Positions 1 to 13,640 of a stretch of DNA of 64,000 nt are shown here, piece after piece. The stretch comes from Camelus ferus (taxonomy: Eukaryota), in NCBI RefSeq assembly GCF_009834535.1, contig NC_045732.1, forward strand, positions 29,512,001-29,576,000, given 5' to 3'. The position numbers were made by a program, and so were the translations under genes. Every line of letters begins with the position of its first letter. The stretch's first letter is position 1. The notes beneath the pieces were generated by a model. It worked only from the letters and a program-made list of their open reading frames with translations, was not told the origin of the DNA and did not search any database.

Positions 1-129
1 GTAGGAACCTCACTTTCTATGGGAGAAAAAAAGGACGTGCGTGACTTACTACAACATACGTGAAATTTAAGTGTGACAATTTAAGCATGTGTGGTGATCT
101 GTGAAAGCACTGAATTGAGAGCCGTTTCT

Positions 130-450
130 TTTGCTTGGTGGGAGTTGGAGGTGGAAGACACTCAGGGAAAACTACAAGGACAGGGGTCATTTGAGTTGGG
201 ACTTGAGGGCTAAGTAGAAGTTCACCAGGCAGATAAGGTGGCATGAGCCAGGCAGAGAGAAAAGCATTTGCAAAGGCAGAGTTATGGAAAAAGACAGCAT
301 ATTTGGTTAAGGAGCGGGTGTGGTCAGAGTGTACTGAATGGCTGGGATGGGAACAACAGTCAGAAATGTCAGCCATGGCTAGGAGGAAAATGGGCCACCT
401 GCTCTCTTCATTCATTGGACTTCATTGTCAGGCAGACTGTTTCCTGCAAA
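130..450 (-). mobile_element. L2 LINE fragment
   Basis: Purine-rich L2-type text (catttgagttgggacttgagggctaagtagaagttcaccaggcag); approximate limits. Confidence 0.65.
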
Positions 451-504
451 GAGTTTGGATTCGAGTTGGAAGAGAATGGGTAATGCAAAAACATCAGTAA
501 AGAA

Positions 505-1190
505 ACTGTTCATTCATTCATTCACCAAGTATTTCAAATGCAGTGTTTGTGACATGCCAGGTTCACTGACTGGGGAATGGGATTTAAGGATATATGATAC
601 AATCATCTGAGGAACAGATGCTGGAGCCTGGAACAGGACATTGGTTAAAAAGAGGAGACAAAATATAAAGGAGATATTCTGAGGTAAAATGATCAATCAA
701 GTACAGTCAGTGAAAATGTAGAAGAATTTAAGGACAGACTTCAAGTTTCTAGCCTGATCCACTTGTTGGATTATGATCCATTAACTGAAATAGGAAACAG
801 AAGAAAGGGCAGGTAAGGGGACCGAGAGGAGAACGAATGAACTTGCTTTCAGAATGGTTGCATTTTGATTCTAATGGCATATAGGTTACGAGATCAGAAA
901 AGAGATCTAGACTTGAAACTGAGATTTGTCACCATCCTGCCATTTCAAACTGGGAGCATTCAGATAATAAAAAGAAAACTGAGGAAGGTTAGAAACTCGG
1001 GCATGCTAACATTTGAGAGTTTCAGAATTGAGGAAAATAAAGGAAGAAGAGTGTGGATGAGACAGTGCCATGAAAGCCAAGGGGGAAGAGCCCTTCCACA
1101 ATGAGGGTGCCGGCTAACAAACCAGGTGCAGGTGAGCATTTCACTTCATCTGGATTGGACTCTCGGAGGACTTTTGTTGGTTTTCACACC
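505..1190 (-). mobile_element. L2 fragments with an internal MIR piece (~905-1010)
   Basis: L2 3' terminus ttcattcattcattcaccaagtattt at ~509; MIR-like agataataaaaagaaaactgaggaaggttagaaact. Confidence 0.55.
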
Positions 1191-1877
1191 AGATAAGTAG
1201 ACAAAATAGGTTTCAAGTTGCTGGTTTCCAAAATGATACTCCTAAATATATTTACAAAGAAAGAATATATTTATCATCGTTGTGCCAAAAGGGAATTTAA
1301 CTTTGGTCTCATGGACAGTATTCTAAATAAATGTTTCCTAATATCTGCAGCAGACTACAACTCAGAATTGTATTACATACATAGCCTTCTAAGGGAAGGG
1401 AAGCCTTAATGGCCTCGGTTCACAGTACCATGACTCACCCAAGTCATGCAGTTTAATTGGCAAAAAGGCCAAACCTAGACTCCTGGCTCTTCATTAAATG
1501 TTCTTTCTCCTTACTCTGATACTAAGAACCACAAAGAATGCACGTGCGTGCACACACACACAGACACACACAAATCTGACTACGTTAGTACAAACACTTA
1601 ATTTCCTAACAGCAAAGTCAAAATGGTATTTTTTTCCCTGTAACTTTTAAAGATTCCATTTTATATTAATGAAAACAGATCGATGATTAGATCACCATCT
1701 TCTCTTAGAGAAAACACTGTGTGCAAGAAGACTTTGCATTTGTGAAAGATGGACTGATTTCTAATGCTTAAGGGCCCTATTTTTAACTTTGTGAGAAGAA
1801 AATAACTGCACATAAATTCAGATTAGAACCTGTTTTATGTCTCTCAAAGGCCCCTGAAGCAAAGCAGTAGACGGTAC

Positions 1878-2146
1878 CTTGACTTTTTCGAGGTGATCTT
1901 GGAGAGAGTCAATGAGGAGATCACCCACAGGCTGCCACGATCCCTTGATCACCTCAGCTTGGCGTAGTTTGAGGTCCAGCTCATCTGTCGCCTCCTGAAG
2001 TTCCTGGAGTCTTTCTAGGGCCTCGTCTATTTTTCTCTGCCAGTCAGCAGAGTGCAGGTTCAATTTTTCCCACTCAGTGTGGACCTCCTCAGCCTGCTTT
2101 CGTAGGAGCCGTGTGACATTCTGGGCCTTCTCCTCAGGAGGCAGCT
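1878..2146 (-). CDS. DMD: Dystrophin exon 59 (rod domain spectrin repeats 23/24)
   Basis: 269 bp; acceptor ccaatttag|AGCTG, donor GTCAAG|gtaccg; starts phase 1; encodes (E)LPPEEKAQNVTRLLRKQAEEVHTEWEKLNLHSADWQRKIDEALERLQELQEATDELDLKLRQAEVIKGSWQPVGDLLIDSLQDHLEKVK. Confidence 0.98.
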
Positions 2147-2714
2147 CTAAATTGGTAATATGACAAGGTTTTAGGCCACATTCATTTTTGTGTTAAAAAA
2201 AAAAAACATTGTTGAAAAGGTCATACTGGAAAAAAGAAAGAGAGTACAGTTTAACCAGAGGCCAACCTACTGATTAATGGCTCTTTTATACTCCGGCATA
2301 AATTCTGATACAGTTTAGCACATCTGACGTCTGTCCTCCTGAGCGAATCTGCTCTACCTTGTATCAATCAGATAATCCAAGATTCATTCAAGCTATTGAG
2401 TAGAAAAATGTTAGGATACACATCACAAGCTCTAATTTACTTCAGTAAGGCTCTTAAATTGAAAATTAGCTTGTAGTCTTTGTGAAAATAAACTTCCTTC
2501 TCACAGATAATCTCTTTTGTTTATTATTTTCTAAATGTTTCAATAACTGATTGCTAATCTCTTTTAATGTTTATTTATGAATGTGCAAACAGATTTATGC
2601 ATGGTGGTTTATGATTCCTTTGTCTCTTTCAACATCAAGGTTTAATTTGAATCGATTGTATTTAACTTGGAAAATATGAGAGTTACCCAGACCCTGTCAG
2701 CAAGAATGGATGGG

Positions 2715-2926
2715 NNNNNNNNNNNNNNNNNNNNNNNNNNNNNNNNNNNNNNNNNNNNNNNNNNNNNNNNNNNNNNNNNNNNNNNNNNNNNNNNNNNNNN
2801 NNNNNNNNNNNNNNNNNNNNNNNNNNNNNNNNNNNNNNNNNNNNNNNNNNNNNNNNNNNNNNNNNNNNNNNNNNNNNNNNNNNNNNNNNNNNNNNNNNNN
2901 NNNNNNNNNNNNNNNNNNNNNNNNNN
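2715..2926 (-). other. DMD: Assembly gap (212 N), inferred to contain DMD exon 58
   Basis: N run seen directly. Exon 57 ends in phase 0 and exon 59 starts in phase 1, so a 3n+1 exon is required (human exon 58 is 121 bp, under 1 kb from exon 59). No exon-58-like sequence found in the readable part of 2147-18410. Confidence 0.85.
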
Positions 2927-4589
2927 GGCTTGTGACATTCTTCTCAGAATTAATCCTGGGTGCTCAGAACTTGGCTATGAAATTCCCAGGTCAGTTTCTA
3001 TCTCCTTTATTTATAAACTGATAGTTAGAAAATGATAAAGAAGGCTCGACGGATCTTTCTGTTAATCAGGAAACCATTGTGTTTGTAAAACTATTCTGGA
3101 GAGGATAGGGGAATTTTCAAGATATGTTAACACCCTTTAATTAAGATAAGAGTGATTTATTTATATAATTTGACTGCCAAACTTGAAATCAGAAGCTAAA
3201 GTTGTAAGATATGTATTGCAAAACCCTAGCAGGGCTAATGAAGACTCACACATACCCAAAATAATGGATACCCAGAGCATAATGGGAGAGCTAAAGAGTT
3301 ATTTGGGAAAGGTTACGTTGTATTGAAGTATACAACCAATCCAATTCATACTCTCCAGGTAATTCTGTCAAAATGTCTGATAATAAATATAATGATGTAC
3401 AAATTGTAAGCTAAGTAAAAACTCAATACTTAAAAAAAAACACCCATTACATTATCCATTGTGACTTCTTTGAGAATGGTAGAAATGTTTTGAGGTATAC
3501 TGGAGGTCGGAATTGTGGGAACAAGTTTCTATAAAAGGAGAGGGCCTAAAATAGGTATCTTGAGGTCATCTCTGTTATCAATTTTAATCTCTAATCTTCT
3601 TTGATACAGGGATTAAAAGAAAAGCAAAATGCATAGTTTCTGCCTTCAAGAAGTTTCTGAATCAAAATAAGGGAGTAAACTAACAGACTAGAAACAATGA
3701 AAAGAATACAATTCATATATAATCAAGTGCTAAGGGTTGTGAGACCTCCTGTGAGGCTGGGATAAATTAACAGATACTCTGAAACCATTGAAGATCGTAA
3801 CTGACCCAGATTCTGCAATCTCAGAAGTGAAGATGTTAATGAAAGTATTAAGTATCACATAAATGCTAAAAGGTCAATGTAAAATCAACAGTGATAACAT
3901 TTGCCCTGATCTACGGCTTAATTATTCATATTTTTTCAATTCTACCCTATTGTTTTAGTAATGTTGCCTATTGAATTTAAGCCCTGTTCTGTTACTGGGA
4001 GAAAAGTTAGCAGTATATCCTTTAAACTTCAGATATACCATGTTATAAGAGTGCTCCAGAAATGTATTACATGGCATACTTATAAATAAAATCCTAATGG
4101 TGTCCACCAATCAAAGGAATCCTTAGTCTGATACTTTGCAAAATGATTCATCTTCCAAAGTTATTTACAATTCAGGAGGGAGGCAAGGTGCTTGAGCTGA
4201 AATAACGAAATTCTGTAAATGGAATATTACGACTCAGCTTGTGGATACGGAAGTAATTTCTACATAGTGGGATATTCTTGCTCCCTTGAAATCATACAGA
4301 GTAGGAGGGTTATTTACTCTGTTTACATGTAAGGCTGATTCTCCCTCTAATATTTCATTTGAAATCTCTGTGTGTGTGGTGTGTGGGTAAGTGTTTGCGT
4401 GTGCTCACGTGCATGCATGTGCATATATATATATAGTTCTTGTATTCCTGTATTTTTCTCAGGTATCTAATTTTTCTAACTTCAAGAAAATTATTGTTTT
4501 TGTCTAGTCTCTCTATTTGGACTTGACAGGAGGAAGCTGATGCTGACATAACAATTATAAAAACAATAATGGCTTCCCTTTTTTTTAAC

Positions 4590-5420
4590 TACTATGTGTT
4601 AATGGTTATACTAGAGACTAGAAATACAAAGTTGAACGCAAAACAGCCCTTCCCATGTAGGAACTTACGTTATATAGTGGAAGAGTTGAACACAAAAAAC
4701 TTCAACACAATGTGGAAAGTGCGATAGACTTGCACAATATAGGAAAGGAAATTGGGAAAGGCTTCCTGGAGAGATAGTGTTCATAGGAGAATTCTAAAGC
4801 ATGAACATGAGTTAGCCAGGGAAGAGCAAGTCAGAGGAAGAAGAAAGAAATAAGACGAAAATGCAGATGCAAAGACACAGGGCATAATACAGTGTGGCAT
4901 TTGCAGTTATCTCAAGTTGACCAGTGTTTCTAGAACACAAAGCACCAGAAGAAATGTCCAGAGATGAAGCAGGGCACTGTTATTATCACAAACTAGATTA
5001 GACTTTTAAGTCAGGATCTGAAGCTCAACCTATGATATGTGCCCGGCTAAGAAGCCTAGGTGTTGTCCTGTAGGTAATCAGAAGCCTTTGAAGGGATTTA
5101 AGCAGGGGAGTGGCATGGGCATGTGTATGCTTCAGATAGATTTCTCTGACATTAGTACAGAGTAAGTATTTGGGAAGGACAGAAATGGAATCAGAAAACA
5201 GGAGGCAATTTGGAGAATTCACTGAAAGATCATGAGGATCTAATCCACGGCAATGGTACAAAAAAAAAAAAGAGAGCAGGGAAATGTTTAGAGAGGAGAG
5301 ATGTGAGAATCTGGTGAGTGAACAGATGCTGGAGAAGAGGGAGGAAAGAGCATGGATGACTCCTAGTTTCTAGGTTGAGTAGAGGAGTGAATGCTGGGGG
5401 CAGTTAAACTCAACGTGAGG
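4590..5420 (-). mobile_element. L2 fragment
   Basis: tttgaagggatttaagcaggggagtggcatgg and gatgactcctagtttctaggttgag are typical L2 3' region motifs. Confidence 0.7.
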
Positions 5421-6239
5421 AAATAAACTCTCTGGGATTTCTCAGTACATCTATAAAAGCTCCTGAACACCTTCTCATACCATGGGAATTAGATCTGTAG
5501 TCATGTGGCTAGTTAGTTTATCTGATCCAAGAGGGCTAAATGGTTATAGCCCTAGAGGAGTTTGGTTGTAGAGCAGTTTCCGAGGTTAAGCCCCAAGCTG
5601 TCAGAAAGGCTGGAGCTACTCTCTCTGTAGGTATTTACATTTCAAAAATATAAAGCCCAGATCTTGGAGACACTTCTAGGTTGTAAAACCTGAGATGCAT
5701 GGGGCTAGTTCTCCTAGACAATTTGGAGTTAGGACTCAGGCCCATTAGAGTTTCCAAGGAGACCCTTTCAGGGAGAGAAGGGAACAACTGCCTCCTTCTC
5801 CTTTATAAGCAGAGAAAAATCATTTTCCCCCTGGTTTCTTGCCTATGGAGTACCCAGCTACTCATAGGGGAAAATCTGTCATCATCTCTCACCATGTCTT
5901 CGTAAGGATAAGCCGTGAGCAAAGGGAGGAAGGTAGTAATGATATTTACTGTAAAGTAACTAAAAGAAATCTGATTCTGGTCCAAAACACCTCACATGCA
6001 CATTCAGGATAAAATGAATAAAGATGAATATTAAAAACCCAACACTGGTATGAGCGGGGATCTGTACAGGGAACAGAGTAAGGAGGTATGATACATTCAG
6101 CTTGGAGAAGTAACGTTTATTCCAGAAGGAAATAAATATCAAGCCCAATGTTTAGGGAGAAGAAAGGAGATTTAGGAGTCATTCTCTCCCTAAGCTAACA
6201 CCCACTCAGTGCCTACAATTACGCATACAGGCAAGGATT

Positions 6240-6930
6240 ACAATGACGTAAGTAGATGAGATTACTCAGTGGAGTGAGCTGAACAGAAAATTCTGGAAAA
6301 CATAAAAATGTAATGAGCAGACAGAGGAATCGGATCCTATGAAAGGCTGAAAAGGATTGGATAAGTGGAAAGACTGGGGGAAATAAGGAGTGTAAAACTA
6401 TCGAAGAGAGAGTGAGAGTTTGGGAGTAATATAGTGACCAAGAGTGTCCAATCATGACACACAGAAGTAAAGCAAGATCAGCACTGAGAAGTATTCCTCA
6501 GACTTGGTGGGAAGAGTTTCAGCCTTGGAAGTAGGTTTAGTTGAGGAGTGAGTGGTATAAGAAAGAGTAGGCATTTCAAATGGCAACTATTTGTGCAGTA
6601 TCTTTCCTTCTGAGAGGGAAAAGAGGAAGATGGGACAGAGAGAATCCCAAGGTAAAGAGAGACATATTCTTTTCAGGATAAGAATGGTTTGAACACAGAC
6701 TGGAAGATGGAAGCTAGCAGTAGGGTAACCAAACACCCTGGTTTCCCAGGTACTAAGGAGTATTTTATGACACAGAACATTCAATGCTGAAACCAGGAGA
6801 GCATCAGGTAAACAAGGAGAGCTGATTACTATAACAGAGAGGAATATATTAAAGACCTCAGGGGAAAGTGGAGAAAATTGTTGGAACAAGGTCTGCAAAA
6901 AAAGGAAATGGATCTTAAAGGTCCCATCAA
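6240..6930 (-). mobile_element. L2 fragment
   Basis: Degenerate purine-rich L2 ORF2-region text; explains ORF 6587..6967. Confidence 0.55.
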
Positions 6931-9124
6931 ACTGAAAAAGTCCAAGACACTGATGATACAATTCCATTGTTAAAACCGAATAGCAAACAATTCAAGGCTG
7001 ATGACCACCCATCCATTGTGAGAGACCACTTCTTTGCCCCTTGAGCTGTTGCCAAGGGCTTAGCTTCATCACAGCTGCACAGTTTATTTCTTAAATATGA
7101 GTCACTGTGATTAAAACGAGTCTACAGGAAAGACAAAGGAAGTTCTGTTGTTCCAAAGACACAAGCACCATTATTTTCACATCGTTGCCGGAAATTAAGA
7201 AAAGAAAGTAGATGGAAGAGAGGGTTAAATGACTGCATCTTCAAAATTCAGGAAGATTTAGACTAACTGCAAAAAAGGAATTAAAACCCACAGAAAAAAA
7301 GGGAGGAAATAACCATATATAGGAATGTCATTTTAAACATGGTTAGATGAAAGGTTCTCTGGCATTTATTCAAGTAACAAATTTTGAGCACCTACTATGA
7401 CCAGACACTGTTCTAGGCAATGGGCATCACTGGTCCTTGTAGCATGGTGTTTAAAAGAGAGAGGCTCATGGAGTAAAAATAATAACAGCAATGACAACAA
7501 CAACAGCAAAAACCCCATGAAGATTCTGCATTAAAATAATGGAAAACCGATTTTTCAATATCTAATCAACTTACCATAGGCTGCATGTTACAACAGTTCA
7601 CTGCTTTTTAAAAGGAAGGAAAATGGAGCCATTTTTAAACAACAAGGACATTCAATGTCAAGAGCCTTAACTCTTTGATAAGTGTCTTGTCTCTCAAAGG
7701 AAGTCTACTTGAATGAAAATCTATACTCACATACAATACTAATTTTGTATCAAAGACTATAATTAATATTTTAAATTAGATAAGTTGGTTCATTCATGTG
7801 CTGATATGAAAAAAGTTATCAGATATAAAGCCCTTCTCCCACACACATACAGAATACATTTTTGCACTATTTAGATGTCAGTATTCAAATGTTAAGATAT
7901 TTCCTTCCTGAATTTTTTGAACAGATAAAATTATTTTCTTTAAAACCCATCCTTTCCCCCTTACTTTTTTCTTCCTCTTTCTAAGATAGCCAGGCCCAAG
8001 GGTCTGAAACAGTGATGTGGAAGAATTAGAAGCAATTACTGAAGACTTAGAGTACCTCTTTAAAAGAAAAATAATATTCTGTCTTATAAATGAGAAAAAG
8101 CTAGGCACACTAAATTGATATTTTTCCTTCAGCTTTTCAAGGTTCACAAAATAAACTTACATGAATCATATACTGCAAAATTACACGAGCAGTAAATCCC
8201 AAGGTAAATCCCTTTATTGTGAAGGTTAAATTATCTGATGGATAGTATTTATACATCACAGATAGTAACCAACTGGGTGACTTGACTGTTGACTGATTAA
8301 TTTATTCATTCACAAATAATTATTTTGAATCTATTATGTATACGGTAGGGAAGATGTAGGGACCTGATCTTGGTCCTTAAGGAGTCAATAGTTTGGTTGA
8401 GTAGGTATGTTTGTATAAAAGTGTACTCTTACAAAATTAATGTTTTAGCAATGCAAACTGAAGTACAGATAAGTTAGGATTTACCCAAGGCCATCAGTTC
8501 TTTAGCCACTGAGAATCCAAATCCTGAAATTTTTAAGCCAGGCTGAAAATGAGTAACAGCAAAAATATAAGTTTCCTGAATTACAAAAAATTTGGCAGCC
8601 ACATAGTAGAAAATCCTAATGATGATGAAGCAAATCAGAAACTTTAAAAACCGGAAAGTAACAGAGAAGAAGCAAATCTTCAATTATTTGATTTTTCTCC
8701 CTGTCTGTCCTACTTGTAGAAAAAAATATTGTGAATATTACCATAAATATCTAATTATACATAAAAAGAAGTACCTTATAACCACGTATAGAGGGGATGA
8801 AGACTGAGATACTCGGAGAAGAGAGGGACAGAAGAGAACTCTGGGCACAGGCACAGACATTACAGAGGGAAAAGCTATGTTGCTTTCACCAAGAGGCAGG
8901 GGCCCTATTACTAAGGAAGAAGGTAAATAAAAACCCGGGCATTTCAAAACAGAGATCTCTTTCAACTATGTACAGTGCACAGTTTCCATGGAGATGGATT
9001 TTTATCTATATTCCCACTGAAGTGGCAAGTCTGTATCTGTGTGCATTCTTTGGACTGAAATCTGAAGGAACAACAACACATTATTTCCACATTTGTTAGG
9101 AGAACTTCACAGAACCATTCTGAG

Positions 9125-9290
9125 AGGCAGACTGAAGTGGTGAAAAGAGCACGGTCCTGAGTGTCAAGACACCTAAAGTTTAAGTCTAGGCTGGGCCAAA
9201 AACTGGCTGCATGATCTAGAATGGATCATAAAACCTCCCTGAGCCTTTTCTTCCTCATTTGCAAAATGTGGAGGTTTTCTAAGTACCTTA
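9125..9290 (+). mobile_element. MIR SINE
   Basis: agtggtgaaaagagcacgg...cctccctgagccttttcttcctcatttgcaaaatgtggagg (MIR core). Confidence 0.75.
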
Positions 9291-10401
9291 TCTAACTTCT
9301 AACATCCAGTAATTTATTCTATAATCAATACATTTAGCTCATTAATTGGTCACAGGCCTGTTACACGTGGCAGTCTGAGACAGTTTCTCCTAGGCATCAT
9401 TAGTAATGATAGAAATTGCAGCCATAGCTTGGCACATAGTAGATACTCAATAAATATTGTTGAATAAATAAAAGAACACCCAGGTAGAAAACCAGAGCGT
9501 GTTATAATGAAAGCCAGTTAGATTTAGACGCAGACCATGCTTGAGGGTGGAAGCCTGGTCTCATAAATTATTAGAGAATAAAAATTAATGCAGTCAATAG
9601 GGAAAAATGGAGAGATCTTTTTCTGGGTCTTCTCTTATGTTCCAGATCCAAAGCTGGGTGGATTTTCCTCAAGAGCAAGTTCTATTAGCCTTGCCTTCTT
9701 AATCCTAGTGATTTCTTCCCTAGAGAAGATATTCATGCCCACGCATTCAGAAGTTCCATTATTTGACTTGCTGGTTGGGGCTTTTCCCCTGGTCTGTAGC
9801 ATCAGCTAGGAGATGAGAGAACAGACTTTAAAATTTACAGTGATCCAATGGTGCCATTCATTCAACAAATGGTTACTCAGTGGCCATGGGACAAGGACAT
9901 CAACACAATTGTATCTGCAAAGTATTTTAGTTTTGCTATCCTGTATTATCATTCTAGTTTCCATATTATTTCTACCCTATCTGTATGCCGCCTATACTGT
10001 TTTTAATTCTGATGAGAAAGTTGTTGAATATATTCTGTCACCATAATGACCTTCCTCATTTAAAGAGCCACCATATTTGAGTCTAAAACACATCAGAAAT
10101 ATTTTATTTACTAAATGCTGACTTAGGGACAATCAGTGCCCAATTAATTTAAAATCAAGATCATGGAAAAGGTCAAACTCCAGAAATATGGTTATCTGGA
10201 GTAGCAGAAATTTTGCCTCTAAGAATCTAAGGCAAAATCATAGAGATTTATGAAACAAAGAAACCTACAGAAAGTGGCAACAGCAAAAAAAAATTCCAGA
10301 AAGACAAAGGACTCAATTAATATCCATTCAAGATAGTTGGTATTAGAGAAGTTATGAAAATGGGGCATCCGGGCTATAAAGAAAAGGTCATAATCATCTT
10401 T

Positions 10402-10628
10402 TTTTTTTTATTGTTCTAAGAGCACTTAACATGAGGTCTGCCCTCTTAACAAAGTTGTAAGTGTATAATACAGCCTTGTTGACTACAGGCACGATGCTGT
10501 ATAGCAGACCTCTAGAAATTACTCATTTTGCGTAACTGAAAGTTCACACCCTACTGAACAACTCCACATTTCCTCTCCGCAGACCCTCACAATCACTTTT
10601 CTACTCTCTTTCTATGAGTTTGACTACT
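10402..10628 (-). mobile_element. 5'-truncated L1 3' end (L1MA-type) with 11-bp TSD
   Basis: Poly(T) followed by L1MA-like 3' UTR; TSD taatcatcttt at 10391-10401 and 10629-10639, followed by aa (TTT/AA endonuclease-type site). Confidence 0.85.
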
Positions 10629-11379
10629 TAATCATCTTTAAACAAGATAAACAAAGTTCCATCTTATTTTCCCTCTATAAGGCATTACAGTATCAGACAT
10701 ATCTACCCATTGTTTCAGATAGCCAACAGGAAAAATGACATTAATTTATAAGTGAGATTAAGTCAATTTGGAGCAAAGTTGAAAAGTAAATGGACATATT
10801 TCAAGCCTGTAATTATTTTTTAAAATATCTAATTTTACTACATGAAAAAACATCTTTGAGCATCTAGGGGGAAAATGTGTTTTCCAAACTCCTTGGTGAG
10901 ATTTATTTTTTGGAAGTCTTTTAAACAAAAAGTTGGATTCTTTGAGATCAAGGGCACAGACTAGCATAGAGTCCAGCCAGCTTGTAGGTCTGTGACACTA
11001 TGGAGGAATAGTTCAGTACCCACACAGCATCTTGCACAGCTGTTTGACTCTCAATCCTAAGGTTGGGCTGCTTCCAGCAACCACTGGGGAAGTCATTTCC
11101 TACTGACAATCATGTTGCTAAATACTGAGTTGACTTCGAAAAATCACTGGTGAAAATGCAATCTGCTCTTATGGTCATTTTGACAATTTGGTCTTAGGTC
11201 ATTGAGCCTAAATCCTAAATCCTGGAAATTCTTTCTGAAGCAATAGTACAGATGAATAGATTATTAGGAGATCCTGTGAAAAACTAATTTATATTCATTC
11301 TCAAGAGGCTCAGCTAAAATTTGAGATTGTCAAGTGTAAGTGGTGAATAATTTCTGAATCATACCATTTGTTTATCAAT

Positions 11380-12242
11380 GTAATCCAGAAATGGAACTCT
11401 TGTTTTGCTCCATGTACACACCCTCAACCATGATCATTTTGAAGTCTTTCCCATATCCATAAATGGCATTATCATTTTCCCATTTGCTCAAACCACAGAC
11501 TTCAGAGTCACCCTTGACTCTTCGCTTTCTCTCATATTCCATACAATCTATCACAAGGTGGATCAGCTTTACCTTCAAAATATATCTTATAATTTTTCAT
11601 CATATCTATTATTTCCACTCCAGTCCAAGTCATCATTATCTCCTTCCTAAATGACTTCAATACCCTTCTAACTTTTTCCCTGCTTTCAGTTTTGCTCCTA
11701 CTATCATCATTTCTTCATATAGAGGCCAGAGTCAATTTCTGAACACATAAATCATATCACATCATCCCTGCTTGTGGTCCTCCTGTGACATCTCATCACA
11801 CAGAGAATAAAATACACCTCCAAACTATGGCAGAGAAGACCATTCATTATCTGGCCTTTCTCTCTCTCTACAATCTACCACTAACCCATTTGCTATCTTT
11901 GTTCTTACATCTCGGCCTTTGCATTTGCTGCTCCTTCTGCCTAAAATATATTCCACTCAAGGCCTTTGCTTGGCTTGCTCACTTACACAGCCCTTTGCTC
12001 AAATATAACTTCTTCAGGTAGGCCACTGCCTCTCAGTCTTTCTCTGTCCTTATTTTCTTTACTTTCTTTTCATAGAACTGACCCAACATGATTTTATACA
12101 CTAATTTATTGGTTTACTGTCTGTTTCCCTCACTAAAATTTGAAGGTCTGTGGAGGCAGAATCTTGTTTTGTTCACGACTGTACCCTCAACCCCTGGCAT
12201 AGAGTAAGCACTCAATAAATAATTACTAAAAGAATCAATAAA
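11380..12242 (+). mobile_element. L2 LINE 3' portion
   Basis: Pyrimidine-rich L2 body ending in ccctggcatagagtaagcactcaataaataattact. Confidence 0.85.
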
Positions 12243-13640
12243 CTCTAGGAGTCTGAGTTTTGGTACAGTTTTTCCTAAAATATCTTTTTGAGGAAATAGA
12301 ATAACATAGAAAAAGATCAGGAGTTCATTTGTAATTAAATGCATGTGTGTAAAAGTGCTTTGTAAAAGCAAAGCACTATACAAATAGTATTTGTAAAGCT
12401 AACAAAATGTTTTGACATGGTTAGAAAGAGGACTTTGGTAGAGAAGTCAATTGTAAATTACTCATATTTTATTTTTATTATATTCATTAAACAAAAGCAG
12501 CAAATCCTAGATGACTCTCTTCTCAAGTCTTGATGATATAGCTAGTTTTCAGAAGACTTCCTCAAATGACTAGAAATATAGTTCTAAAAATAATTTAAAA
12601 TCTTTTCTATTCAGCACTCCTAAATATGACTGAATAAAATACCAAACTTATACAAAAGTTGCTTACTCCATTAGTGATTAAAGAATATATCAGAAACGTC
12701 TATTTCCTCCAACATAATCAAGCAGACATCTTAGAGTAGACATGACTAACAGTGAAATCTGCAGGGGAACCAAACTTGTCTAGAAACTCCAAGAGGCCAG
12801 ATCATTGAATCTTGGAATGAATCACTCTATCAGCAACTTTTTATGTTGTTTTTCAGAGGTGGTAAGGAACAATGCTTTTTTTTTTTGGTACCACAGAGCT
12901 GACTTGAATCTTAATGTTCACAAATGGCACCTAAAGACGTTTTCTGTTTCTGTGGAAAGAAAACACAGGCAACTTATCAAGCTAACACATACTAAAATGT
13001 ACCCAAAGGAAGCAGGCCAGCATTGATAACAGAATTAGCTTAAATAAATGTATAATCTACAATGGGATTTCAGGATAACTTTATTGAATTTCTGAACCTC
13101 TCCCTCACTTTGTGGTGACTTCTGAGGAGATCGAACATGCAAAATATATGACCTGACAAATGAACAAGTAAACTACTTTATTCAAGCCTTTTCATTTGTC
13201 AACAGCATCCATACAATAATGGCTTTCTGTCCACTGTTTTAATAATGTATGTATTGATTACTTCCATCTAAATCTTAACCAGAAAAATCTCAGGAAGCTT
13301 TGAAGGAGTTCTTAATGGTCTCTAGGGAAGGAATTATAGAGATTTTAAAATGGAAAGATGAAAACCAAATGACAAACAATTTCATTAGTGACAGTGCAAA
13401 CAAAAAGTCATTACCTACAGTGTTCTTACAATCAAGACCCAATCTCCATTTAAATTTGGGATAGGATGAAGAAAATTAAATAAGCTCATGGTTTATTGCA
13501 GTTCTCCTTAGAAATTCCCCACTATGATTTGCTCCTTTAAAACTCTCTCTAGGTTAATCACAGAAGTAGACAAGTAATAAATATCACTTTGGTGACTGCT
13601 CAAGTAAAACCAAGGAAGTCAGTTTTAAAAATATATCTGG

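Noticed and set aside
1818-2063. ORF track entry treated as a standalone 81-aa gene
   Set aside because: The M is a TTG (Leu) inside exon 59 and the tail VPSTALLQGPLRDIKQVLI is read-through past the splice donor into intron 59.
2642-3035. ORFs containing X runs (also 13589-13825)
   Set aside because: Artefacts of translating N gaps.
17-6967. ORFs of 126-132 aa at 17..415 and 6587..6967
   Set aside because: They fall in decayed L2 remnants, whose strand bias reduces stop codons.
7951-8050. Strong plus-strand polypyrimidine/AG acceptor followed by protein-like DVEELEAITEDLE (similar acceptor at 14520-14547)
   Set aside because: An in-frame TGA precedes the peptide, there is no convincing donor, and such acceptors are common by chance.
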